A stretch of 64,000 nt of DNA from Lytechinus pictus (Eukaryota). The notes beneath the pieces were generated by a model. That model worked only from the letters and a program-made list of their open reading frames with translations, ran no database searches and was not told the DNA's origin. Positions 37,470 to 49,677 of this stretch are shown one piece after another. The DNA lies in contig NC_087251.1 in the NCBI RefSeq assembly GCF_037042905.1, forward strand, positions 35,342,001 through 35,406,000, read 5' to 3'. Positions within the stretch are counted from its first letter, which is position 1. Every line of letters begins with the position of its first letter. Position numbers and translations under genes: made by a program.

Positions 37470-39410
37470 CCACTTACCTGCGGGGTTCCGCAAGGCTCGG
37501 TGCGCGGACCTATCCTGTTCTCGTATCTGAACGGACTGAAAAACATTTTTTCGGCACCACTCTGTTAAATATCATATGCCGATGACATTAAGACTTTTAC
37601 ATCCTTCAAACCCGATCCAGATACAGTTGCTGCCGCTATTCGCAATCTGGAGAACTGCATAAAGGATGTACAAAATGGTTGTGCTCACACTCTCTAAAAT
37701 TGAATTTGTGTTGTACGGCTCTACAACCCATCTGTCTAAAGTGCAACTTACATCAATTTCTATTGCCAACCTCATTGTTGAAATTTCTGATACATACCGT
37801 AAGCTTGGTGTGTTTCTCGAGTCGAACATTACGATGTGTACTCATATCCAATATATCTGTAAATCTGTACGGTATCAGTTGCGAAATCTGGGGTTCATAC
37901 GCAAATATTTGACTCTTGACGCAATAGAGAAAATTGTTCATTCTTTGATCTCATCTCGGCTTGATTTCGGCGATGCACTGTTTAATACGATACTGCAACA
38001 AATAACAATGAAAATTTAGTTTTAAATTTGATTTCCTTTTCTTTTAATACAGGAAATACATGTACATCAATCAACTATTAAAAACAAAACATCTTACATG
38101 TCTTGAAGAATTAGATGTGCAATCCAAGTTTATGATATTATATCCCAATAAAATCCAAGATGGTCGGCGAAGATTCCGTAAATTAAAGTTCACAATGATG
38201 GCGATGACGAAATTGATATTGAAGCACGATGAATAACAAGAGTCACTGTAACCATGGTAACGAGTTAAAATGTCCGTGAAGACGATGTTGATTAACAGTC
38301 AATTTCAGCGATCCTTGGGTTGAAAAGCGTTCATTAAAACAGCTTGATGATCTCGATGAGAACTGAACATTTCTCTCTCAAAGAAACTGCAAACAGTCCA
38401 TTGATGGCGTGCAAAGTTCCACAGAAGATAAATATTCCAGGTGGAAATAAACTCTGCTCTGACATAAAGTCTGGTGTGAAACTCTGAGTTCTGATCTGAT
38501 GTGATGTGATGATCTCCTTGAAGAAACTGCCAGCTTATATACAAATTATTCACTATTCTGGAAGCTTCTAGTATTGTCTACAAAAGAACATTCTCTTTCT
38601 TTCTGGAGCAATCAAATTCTAGAAGACTCTTGAATGACCTCAGTGAAATTAACAATTGTAAACAACATAGCTAATCCTATTGTTCATTTCCACTACCACT
38701 GGGAATCTTATTGTGTAGCAAGCCCTATTCAGAAATAACGAAATTCCTCAGCCTATTAAAGAACATGCCTAACAAAGCTTTAGTGAGACATTCTGGAATG
38801 TTCTTAATCATTCTATGCTATGAATATCCTTAAAGAGAAAATAACTAAATAAAATGAATGTAATTGCTCTTACAATTCTTATATATAACAACACTCTTAT
38901 TTAATCTACCCCAGTCCCAAATTACTCGTTTACAAAACTACAGAATTCTGCTGCTCGAATAGTAACCCTTCAAATCAAATTAACCCATATCACACCTGCT
39001 TTTAAATCTTTACATTGGTTGCCATGAGTGAACTTGTCAAATTCAAAAAAAGCTTTTGCTGGTATATCACTCAGTTCATGGGTCTGCTCCACAGTACAAC
39101 ACAGCTCTCGTTATTACCTGTACACCATCTAGGCTTCTACGCTCCAGCGACTCCGGTCTTCTTACAGTTCCAAAATGTAAAACAAAGTGGGGGGTGGAAT
39201 GGAATTCCCTCTCATGGGAGATCCGGGATAGCAAGTGTGTCTAAACATGCAAGATTAAGCTAAAAACTTACCACTTAAACTCATTCTATCAACGATTTTT
39301 TTTGTTACTTGTAATTTTGTTTGCACCCCCATGACGTGTGCGCCTTGAGCATCTCCTACGAGATGGATATGGTGCCTAATTAATTGCATTTATTTATTAT
39401 TATTATTATC
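37470..39410 (+). mobile_element. Decayed 5'-truncated L2-like LINE, interrupted by an LTR
   Basis: GVPQGSVRGPILF, YADD and IVHSLISSRLDFG; resumes at 38895 with LFNLPQSQITRLQ...NSAARIV...HITPAFKSLHWLP; 3' end GCGCCTTGAGCA...GGATATGG followed by a (TTA)n tail. Confidence 0.85.
37979..38890 (-). mobile_element. Probable solo LTR (912 bp)
   Basis: TGTT...AACA termini with GCAC/ACAC flanks (4-bp TSD, one mismatch). Removing it restores L2 codons D-A-L-L-F-N-L-P. Minus-strand TATATAAG at about 38535. Confidence 0.7.
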
Positions 39411-39632
39411 TCGTAATAATGAATATTCGCTAAAGGGTGCAAATTTCGTTGGGAAGATCTTAGATCACATTATTGACATCTCAACAACCAGTGAGTGACT
39501 TTTCGGGACCATCTTCATTTTATGTTTGGTGTTTTAATCATGTAAAAATTTACCAACACCAACAGGTCAACACTGAACTTGAAATCACCCATTGTCTTTA
39601 CACAAATTGATTTTTTTTCGTCCTCTCTGCAG

Positions 39633-39860
39633 CCGTAACCTCACCTGGAGGGATATCCAACATCTAACAGTCTTGACGTCCCATAAAAACCGGCTGTATG
39701 ACGAGAATTACAAGTGGCAGTGCAACGGCGTCGGTCTCGAGTTCAACCATCTCTTTGGATTCGGGGTGCTTGACGCTGGTGCCATGGTCAAGAAGGCCGA
39801 GAATTGGACCACTGCTTCTGAGAGGTATCACTGCACCGGAGCCAAGTGGAACGGATCAAG
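39633..39860 (+). CDS. PCSK2: PC2 coding exon (end of catalytic domain)
   Basis: ctctgcag|...|gtgaac. Translates RNLTWRDIQHLTVLTS...GLEFNHLFGFGVLDAGAMVK...ERYHC. Confidence 0.95.
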
Positions 39861-40236
39861 GTGAACATAAGTTTAAACAATTATCGACGAAGTGTACAGA
39901 ATATTCACTTTATTATATATAATTATGTTAATTGTGTTATGAAATTTCCCATCCAATAAGAACCATCAAGTATTTTGGTGAAGCGCCTTTTTCCATTTCG
40001 GATTACAAAGCGCTTCACAGTTTGTTTCACTTTGTTGGCCACCGAGAAGTGATAATATGTCAAAAGAGATTGGTCTTCTAGATTTTCTTGAAGAGGTCCA
40101 TGGATGCAAGAATCTTCAGGGATGCTGGGAATTCAAGTTTATTAGTTAATTAGATCTCTTTCTATTATAATTCTAAGATTGCGACATTATTTTTCTTCTA
40201 ACAGTCTAAAACATATCTGTGCGTTTATTCACACAG

Positions 40237-41038
40237 CACCGTGAGAGCTGGAGAAAAGTTGGTCCTGAAGCTTAACACAGATGCTTGCACTGGACAGCAG
40301 AGCTATGTCCGCTACTTGGAGCACACTCAAGCCATCATCACGCTTAACAGCAGTCGACGCGGGGATGTAACGCTCAATCTTACCTCGCCCATGGGTACCC
40401 AAAGCATCCTTCTCAGCACGCGACCCCAGGACGACGACAGCAAGGACGGCTTCCAACACTGGCCTTTCATGACCACCCACACCTGGGGCGAAGACCCGCG
40501 CGGGGAATGGATCCTGGAGGTTGCTATGGTAGATGGATCTGAACATGCCGCCACCCTGACGGAGTGGTCCCTGGTGCTTCATGGGACCAAGAATGCGTCG
40601 TACATTGAAGAAGCCAACTCTCAATCCAAATGCAAGAAAAGGGTCAAGGAACTCGCCAAAGAAGCCGAAGAAGCCGCCCACAACCAGACTATCATAGATC
40701 AACAGGAAGAGGATGAGATCAACCAAGCCATGGAAGAAGCTATGCTGAAGGCACATCTGGAGCAGGATGTTCAGGACGAGGAGGAAGAGGAGGAGGAGGA
40801 GGAAGGCCAACAACCAATGGTAGGGTTCCAGGAAGATTATCCAGATGAGGCCGAGCCGTCCAGTGATCAGTACTCATATAACGGCATAGGAAATGGCATA
40901 TATTCAGAAGTGTCTTCCATTTTCGACGACTATAGCTCATCTGCACCATCATACATCAAATCCTGGAAACAATACGGTACCGACGAAAGGTTCTTGGCAT
41001 TGCTCAAGAATTTACTCACAAAAGAAGATGGTTACTAG
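40237..41038 (+). CDS. PCSK2: PC2 last coding exon (P domain with RRGD, then a long acidic C-terminal tail)
   Basis: acacag| acceptor. Encodes YLEH...SSRRGDV...TSPMGT.SILL...WPFMTTHTWGEDPRG.W.LEV; stop TAG ends at 41038; AATAAA motifs follow at about 41.18-41.57 kb. The ten exons total 2139 nt (713 codons including stop). Confidence 0.95.
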
Positions 41039-42033
41039 CTGGATGATATACTCTTAATCAGAATTCCAGGGTATATTAGACAATCTTAAAATGGGGGGAA
41101 AATCTAATAATAATCTCGATAAGTTCCATAATTAAATGCTCTTTGGATACGTACGGAAGTTTTAATTTCTGAAGAACCGCTTTAATAAATATCTGATCAA
41201 TACCTAAAACATGATTGTAATAATAATGAACATAAATAAAATAAAAAAAAGAACATCTTCAGAAAAATATTACATGAATTTCTATATGTTGAAGTGTTGA
41301 ACTATGATGAACTAATTGAAATCAACTATATTAAAATATCCACTACGTTTAATCTTGACGTCTTTGATCTACGAATTGTTTGAGTATATCTTTATGTAAT
41401 TAAATTCAAATTTAACCCAACTTAATTTCATGTTTTTCTTTTAAAGAACTCTTCATTAAAATTAACTTAAGGCACGATTTATTTATTTTCTTACACAATG
41501 GGGAAAAAAGAACATTTGATTAATCAGACTATTTTAAATGCGGACCAAAGATGGTTTATTAAATGTACAATAAAGGTTTAATCAAGAAATTCTATTTTTT
41601 TTTTCTTTGATCATTTGTGTGTGTTTTTTTTCTTTATTATTATTAACCCTACGGCACCTCATTTTGAGCATTTACAAGATATTGCTGAAATTGACATTAT
41701 TATTGTTTCCATCATGACAAATGCTGTTAATGCAAAATATTTCAATATATTGCATAACTGCATTTTTATATGATATTTATTACATAAATTTATGTACATG
41801 ATTTTCAGGTCTTTTTCCTACCTTTAAAAAACGACGTGATGATGTTCCATCTATCACATTTTATCATTTTTTTGGTATAATGATTACTGTTATATTTATT
41901 CTTTCTTAATTATAATACACTTATGATTATTTGCTGTTATAATACCTACAGCTATCGTAATATTCCATAGTTGATATTTTAGTCATTTGCATTGTTATCA
42001 TTATGATAACTGTAAACATTAATTTCACTATTA

Positions 42034-42050
42034 GAAGTAGTAGTAGCAGC

Positions 42051-42096
<46 letters not shown>

Positions 42097-42465
42097 ATAG
42101 TAATAGCAGTAGTTATAGTAGAAGAACTATCATTTTTATTGTCATTATTATTATTGTTATTGTCATTATCATTAATTTCATTTTTATCATCACCAATATC
42201 ATTATCACCGATATTACTATTATTAAAGAAGATGATACCTATATTATCATTTTAGCTATAATCATTATTATAGTTTTTTTTGTTAATTGTTATGAAAATT
42301 ATTACTCTTTTCATTTTTCATTATTATTATTATTATCATTATTAATATTATCATTACTATTACTATTATTTTTATTATCATTATTATTGTAATTATCATC
42401 ATTATTATTTTTATTATTATTATTATTATTATCATTATTATTATTATTGTTATTAGTATCATTAT
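42034..42465. repeat. (AGT)n and (TAT)n microsatellite/low-complexity tract
   Basis: Directly visible. Confidence 0.95.
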
Positions 42466-45329
42466 CTCTACTGATATATCCTATTATAAACATGATGCCA
42501 ATGCGTATTTCATGACAGTATACTGACAGAATGATCGTTTAAGAAAAAACAATTGATCACCTTCGTAGGGTTAGAAATAAATTAACCAATATCATGATAC
42601 ATGAAACAGTAATAAAACTAAAAAAAGGTGGAACTACGATTCTGTATTGTTTTTCCACTTTGCAAAATGAATCCGAGGAAAATGGTTTTGGGTTTGAAAA
42701 TTATAAGTTGCATATTATTTTTTTCATCAACAGCGAGAGTGGGTAAAATAGATCTCTCCTTGTTAGGATTAGGGGTGATTTTTTTTTTGGGGGGGGGGGG
42801 TGCAAAGACTAAAGCATTGATAATGTGGATGTAATGATATGGTATTTTGTGATATTATTTTTCATCAAAGGTTTGCATCACTTCCAATCAACATTATTTA
42901 TTATCACTTACATTTTACTTATTTTCACCGTAAAGCACGATTATTTTATTAATGAATAAGCTTTGATCGCACTTCAATATACAGCCACAGATTTTTGTGG
43001 ATATCGACTGGATATACACAGGTGGCATTTTAACAAAAATAGTATGTAAAGCGACAAAAACCAATTTCTTCAATTAAATATTTTTCTTTTTGTTATCGGC
43101 ATCAGAAAGGATAGAATAGAAATTACTAATCTATTTTTATGATAAATCTGTATGTTAGGTTTATTTGCATATGTATTGATATGTATGTTCAAAATGAAAT
43201 GTGAGTTATGATATAGTACTTCATTTAGAATTAATTACACTTAACATTTGAATGCGGGTTTATTTTTCTTATTCTTTTTTGCTACTGTGCTGTTAGCTTT
43301 ATTTGTATTGTGTTAATTCTCTCTTCCTCCTTTATTTGTTTGCATAGCAACATATCACTTGCGCGTATATCTTAACTACACCCCTTCTCTCTTTCTCTTT
43401 ATTTTCTTTTCTATATGTAGCTCATTTCGTCAATCATAAAAACACATTCATTTTTTCTTACTGCGCTTTGCAGAATAGGTCAACACCCTTACTCCTGTAC
43501 ACTGTAAAACCTGAGGTGTTAAAACTCATACCAGTTGATGACTTTATAGAGGACCACATCGTAAGGTGTTAAAATTACACTCTCGAGTTTGAACATAACA
43601 CCAAAGGTTGTTAGTTAAACAACTACTCCTATGTTGTTACACGATGCAGTGTTAAACTAACACCATCGATTTAACACCCGTGGCAAATAACTGATGTAGC
43701 CATTTATGTAGACCAGATATTAGCACCACAGTTGTTGATGTGTAGTTTAGAAGACAGTCTAATTACCCGCATTCAAATGTGGCAACAGACAACCTGCTTG
43801 ATACATTTATGAACTGAATAAAAACGTGTGATGTAGAAAAAGATTACAAAAGAATACGGTATGTACATAATATATATTATAGAAATTTATTGTAATTATC
43901 TGAATGATATATGACTAAGATGTAGGCGCGTGACGTCACTTATAGTTCTACATGAACTCCTCAATGTAACACCATCAGATTAGAGACTTACCCCCTGTTA
44001 CCTAGTTGTATATGCGAACAAGGCTTGTAAATGTGCTTGCATAGAACAGTTTATATTACCCCGTGTCCTTGATATGAAGAAATTAAGCAATCAATTTGAT
44101 TTTGTCCATTTCTTTATAGCTGTAAGTATCCCTGCGTTGGTGTAATTCCTTCTTTACGTCCGTCCATTGTTGACCACAAAAAAAACTCTGGACGATACTG
44201 TTTCTGCTATTTAAGAATACAAAATGCAATTTATGCTTTATATTTTAATGAAAAAAATAACATATATAACATTGTATTCATCATGAGATTAATAACGCAA
44301 ACGGAATTGAAATAATTTGAAATTTTGAATATACACTTCTCTGGAAACAGAGTTGAGAATAATTTGTCTGGCCATTTATATCATCGTGATTCCCCATTTT
44401 ACGTGTAGTAGTTACTTAAAGTGCAATTAAATGTACACGTCCCCACACGTTCCCTTTCCATGGATTTTATTTCTCATGTAATCACAATGATTTTATTGTA
44501 CGCGTAAGTGCGGAGGTGTGTGTATGTGTCCAATATTTATCATGTAAAATGATAAATACATGCACGTGTGTACTTTGTTCGTCGGTAGGAGGTGTGTGTA
44601 TGTGTGCGTAGGTGCGTGTACTTATTTGAGTGGTGTGTGCATGTGTGTGTGTGTTTGTGGATGTGTTAGTAAGAGAGGGGAAATCATAATAAGTAATAGT
44701 TATAATATAAATGGAAACATTTGTCATTGTTATTATTCTTTCCTGTTTGTGTTAATATTCCTTGTTTGCAAAAAAAGTCCCTTTGAAACATTATATGCTT
44801 CACTTTCGACTGCTTCAATGGTAACACGCTTTATTTATTAAATGTAATTATTCTCATGCCCAAGCCAAATTAAGGGAATCACTTATTTATATCCTGTTTT
44901 TTTATAACCCATCCACAAATCAAAACCGTGACCGGTCATTATAATCATAACTGCTCATCACCTTTAATACTAGTAGTAAATCTACGCGTTAGGCCAATAA
45001 TGTGCGAGCGCGCAACCAATCCTATAATTATGATCGAATTCGTCATTTAATAATTATATTATATTGAATGGCTCAGAATGGAATACCAGAAATATTGCAA
45101 GAGTTCGGGAAAATATTATGGTATTTCATGAAATAAAGCCATCCAATATATAATCATCTACCCCCCCCCCCAAAAAAAAAAGAGGGAGCAATTTGATTTA
45201 AAAAGTCATCACTTATCACATTATGCCATTGGGTGATTTCAAGTTCGGTGTTCGGTGTTGGTGTTGGTGTTGAGAGCGTAAAAGGGCCGCTGAACCGAGC
45301 TCCAACACCGAGCTGGGTTCAGAGGAATT

Positions 45330-45780
45330 TTGTTTTGTAAAAATATTTATTAATCATTCAGTTCAAAGTAATGGTACATTGTAAAATATTACAAATCAAT
45401 ATTAACAAAACACTGTTCACAAAAGACAAATAATTATCCATAATACAAATAATCGTACATGTCATGGTATTAACATATATGATATACAGTGGATAAATTC
45501 AGTAACAAAAATTAACGATTAATAACCAATATAAATTCACAAAATCATACAATAGCTATGCAGAAAATTGATTGCTCGACATTGATTAAACTGAATGAAA
45601 TTTATAATATAAAAAAAACCGGAAAGGGTTCGAGAGCTCACTCCCCACACACGCCCATAAAAGAACGAAATCGCTCTCACACCCAACCCCCCCCCCCACA
45701 CACACACAGACAAGACAAGACACAAAACAATTAGACAATACAAACAAAAACAATACAAAAATAAGAAAAGCAGGAAGAAG

Positions 45781-45814
<34 letters not shown>

Positions 45815-48800
45815 AAAAAAAAGAAAGAAAGAAAGGAGATAAGTAACATGCAAAGTAAAGAAAAGCGGACAGTTTATAGTGACAGACAGACCAGCCAACC
45901 CCGCACGTGTGCAAACCGGATAAAGCCATCCCTTCCTCATCCTACTTAATTAATTGCTTTTTAGGTGTTCCCACTTTTTATAGTGCTGTGTTAATGTTTT
46001 TCGCTCTATAGCAATTTTCTTTTCTTCTTCTTTACTTTTAAAAAGCTTTACTTGTATCTCTTCAGCAGTTGGTAGTTTATGATTCCCCCTTCCGTGATAT
46101 ATTAAAAATTTGATAAGTAAAATGATATGATTTAATAATTGTCTATTTTCCGTCGTCTCTTCTAATCCAACATGGATATCCTTCCACTGTAAGCTTTTAA
46201 GAATCGGAAATTTTAATATATTGCTACACAATTTCCATAATACTTTAACCATTTCACATTCGTAAAAAATATGTCTATAAGTTTCTTCATCTTTACCGCA
46301 AAAAGAACATTCATTACTCGATACAAATCGAAACCTATATAAATGGTGGTTAACAAAGATAATATTGTATAATAATTTATATTGAAACTCTCTTAACTTA
46401 TTATCTAATGTGCAAAATCTTGGACGATAAAATACTTTTTCAATTTCTTTTTCAGACATGTTATATGACGATTCGAGATTGTAAAAACTGACAGGAGTGT
46501 CGGCAATCTTGTTTATACATGATCTATATAGCTGTTTTGAACAAACTGACTCAAACTGGAAAACATTTTTAAAGAAAATAAATTCAATCTTCAAACCATC
46601 AACTAAGGTATTATTTTTTAATTCGACTTTCCATTCTACAGGAACATGTGCAAATATTTCATTAATTGTTACTATTTCGTCGTCATTTACACCCATAGAT
46701 CTAAAATAAGTATTTGATTTAAGTTCACCGTGTTCATCTACAATATGGTGCAATTTGTATGTGTTTTTTAAGAAAATATTTTCATGAAAATACGCTTTTC
46801 CTTCATTTTTAATATACCTGTTATTGAAAAAAATTTCATTTCTTTTATTACTTATGTCCTTTTTGATGAACACAGTTATATCAAACCAAATACTTAACAT
46901 TTCCTGGTAGTACTTTGGAATTTTTATATTGATCATATCAGGTGTAAAATTACAGTAAAAAATTAAATTACCACCTAATGGTCTTAGCAGAAATTTGAAA
47001 TATTTTTTCCATTTCACTTTCTGGTCACCGTTTACCAGTCTTTTGACCCACATCACTCTCTGTACCATTACAAAAAGTTTAAAATTGAGCAGTTTTATTC
47101 CCCCTTGTTTATATCCCAGATACAATGTGTTTCTTTTAATTTTATCTTTTCCTCGCCATAAAAAGTCGAAACAAATTTCTTCAATTTCTTTAAAAGCCCA
47201 TTCCGGCATAGGCGTTAAAGAACTTACATAAATCAATTTAGAAAATGCATATGTTTTTAGCAGATGAATCTTTCCAAACAAAGTTAGATCTCTTTGTTTC
47301 CACCAATTTAATAACTTTTTAATTTTGCTTAATATTTCTTTATAATTCATTTCTTCAGCAACGTCAGGATTTAATGAAAAGACAATACCTAGAATTTTAA
47401 CCATATCAACTTGTTTCCCAAAAGGGAAAGGGTGAGTAAGGCTTACAGAGGGTCCTAGAGGCAAAATAAACGTTTTATTTTTGTTCATCCTAAGTCCAGA
47501 TGTCTTCCTAAAATTTTCAAGAATTAATTCTAGTCTATATACTGAATCTAAATCTTCTACGAATATAGTCATATCATCAGCATAAAGTATTTGTTTAATT
47601 TCCGTTTCACCAAATCGAATACCCTTTACTAAATTATCATTACGAATACAATGCGTTAAACATTCTATACAAAGTATAAAAAGGTAAGGGGAGAGGGGAT
47701 CCCCTTGTCTTAGCCCCCTCTCGATTGCAAAATAACCGGTCGATTTCCCCCCATTAAAGACACAACTCAGCGAGTTGGTATAAAGAACATTAACCCAGTT
47801 ACTAAAAATCGGCCCAAAACCAAACGATTTAAGCACCCTTTGAAGGAAGGAATGTGAAATTGAGTCAAACGCCTTTTCAAAATCGATTGCAACTAAGTAT
47901 CCTGGTTTATTAAAATTTGATGTATGAAAAATCATATCGTTTATTATTCTTACAGCATCGCCAATATTCCTATTAGTTAAGTAACCTACTTGGTCGCCTG
48001 ACACAATATTATCCAAAATGGTCTTAATTCTTTTAGAAAGTATTTTGGTTAGGATTTTATAATCTACATTAAGCAAGGAAATTGGTCTATAATTGCTAAT
48101 AAACATCGGATCTTTACCTTCCTTATGTATAATTGTAATTATTGCTTGTTTTTGTGAAGGTGACAATTCTTTATATTTCATAGCATCATTAAAAGCATTT
48201 AAGACTAGGTCACCTATTACCTGCCAAAATGTAATATAAAACTCGACATTTAAACCGTCATTTCCTGGTGATTTATTTAATTGCATTTCTTTTAAAATTT
48301 CAATACAATCCCCCTGGTTTATTTTCACTTCGCAATGATTTCTTTGGTTTTCGCTTAGTTTTGGTAAGTTACTAGGAAAAAAACAATCACCAGGTTCTAC
48401 CTCTCCTTTAGAATATAAGGAAGAATAAAATTCTTTTATTTCTTTTAAAATACTAGTTTCGTCATTAATTACATTTCCATTAACTTTAAGTTCTTTAATA
48501 AAACATTTCCGACCATTATAATCTACCAGTTGTTTAAAATATGCAGTTTCTCGTTCTCCACTTTCAAACCATGGGGCTCGAGATCTGATTTTTATACCTT
48601 CATTTAAGTACGCATATATTGTTTTTAGCTCACTTCTTTTTCTTGCGATGATGTTTGCTGTAATTGAACTTTCTCTTCCAATTTCATAATTTCCTTTTCT
48701 AACTTATCAACATTCTCTTTTCTTTCTTTAGCTTTTTTCTTAGAATATTTTCTTGTGAAATTTCGAATTTCCATTTTAACATAATCCCACAGTATTCTAT

Positions 48801-49677
48801 TATCCATAATCTCTTTAGACAGCTGAAGTTTTAGACGAGTTATTTCCTCTTTCATTCTTTTAACATATTCTTCATCGTAACATAGGCTATTGTTGAATTT
48901 CCAGTATCCTGTCTTTATAACAGGGTGAGTAATGGCAAAACTAACATTTAATTCTATTGCAGAATGATCAGGCGACAAAGCCGGTATTATTTCACATTTT
49001 GATACTTTTTCAACAAAAATGTCTGATATCACCCAGTAATCTAATCTGCTCTGCATGTAAGGATTTTGTTGATGATAAGTGTATTGCATCTTATCGATAT
49101 TTCTAAATCGCCATATATCTATTGCCTTATGATTATCCAAAAAACTTTCAAAATCAATACTAAGCCTAGATTGTCTTTTATTAATGCTACTTCCTTTGTA
49201 ATCTAAAAGTATATTCCTCGTCATATTAAAATCCCCTCCTATAATAAAAGGTTTATTTTTAAATTCTTTCTCCTCCAAAATCTGGGAAATATTTTGCAAA
49301 AAATCTAGTTGCTCCTGTTCTTTACTTCCTACAGGAAAATAAACATTTCCTAGTACAACCTGCTGATTTTGCAACAGACCGATTATGAAAATGTATCTGC
49401 CATTTGGGTCAATAATTGTATGTTTTATCTTTATGTTGACCCCTCGAGCAATAAGTATCATGACTCCTTTACCATGGTTTGTACCATGGCTATAAATACA
49501 ATTCCCCTCCCACAATGAACTCCAGTTCCTAACTATTTCTTGAGTACTAAAAGTTTCCTGTAAAAAGATTATATGCCCATTTTTGTCCTTACACCATTTG
49601 AAAATACTTTGTCGCTTATTTTTCTCTCGAATCCCCCTTACATTTAAAGAAATAAAATTACAAACAGATTTATTCAT
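45330..49677 (-). mobile_element. Tx1/L1-clade non-LTR retrotransposon, ORF2 plus 3' UTR
   Basis: APE endonuclease (SLNVRG, FLQET, GGDFN, SRLDY, PDHS), RT (YRPISLLNVDYKIL, QGDPLSPYLF, YADD) and C-terminal CSFC...HIFYEC. Minus-strand AATAAA and A-rich end at about 45.33-45.35 kb. The 5' boundary could not be determined. Confidence 0.9.
45950..49677 (-). pseudogene. ORF2 (endonuclease-RT) split by one frameshift near 48640
   Basis: Frame 1 ends QEKEVS*. The other frame reads ...ELKTIYAYLNEGIKIRSRAPWFESGERETAYF... without a stop into the 792-aa RT ORF. Confidence 0.85.

Noticed and set aside
40229..40813. 194-aa hydrophobic minus-strand ORF
   Set aside because: Antisense of the Glu-rich last PC2 exon.
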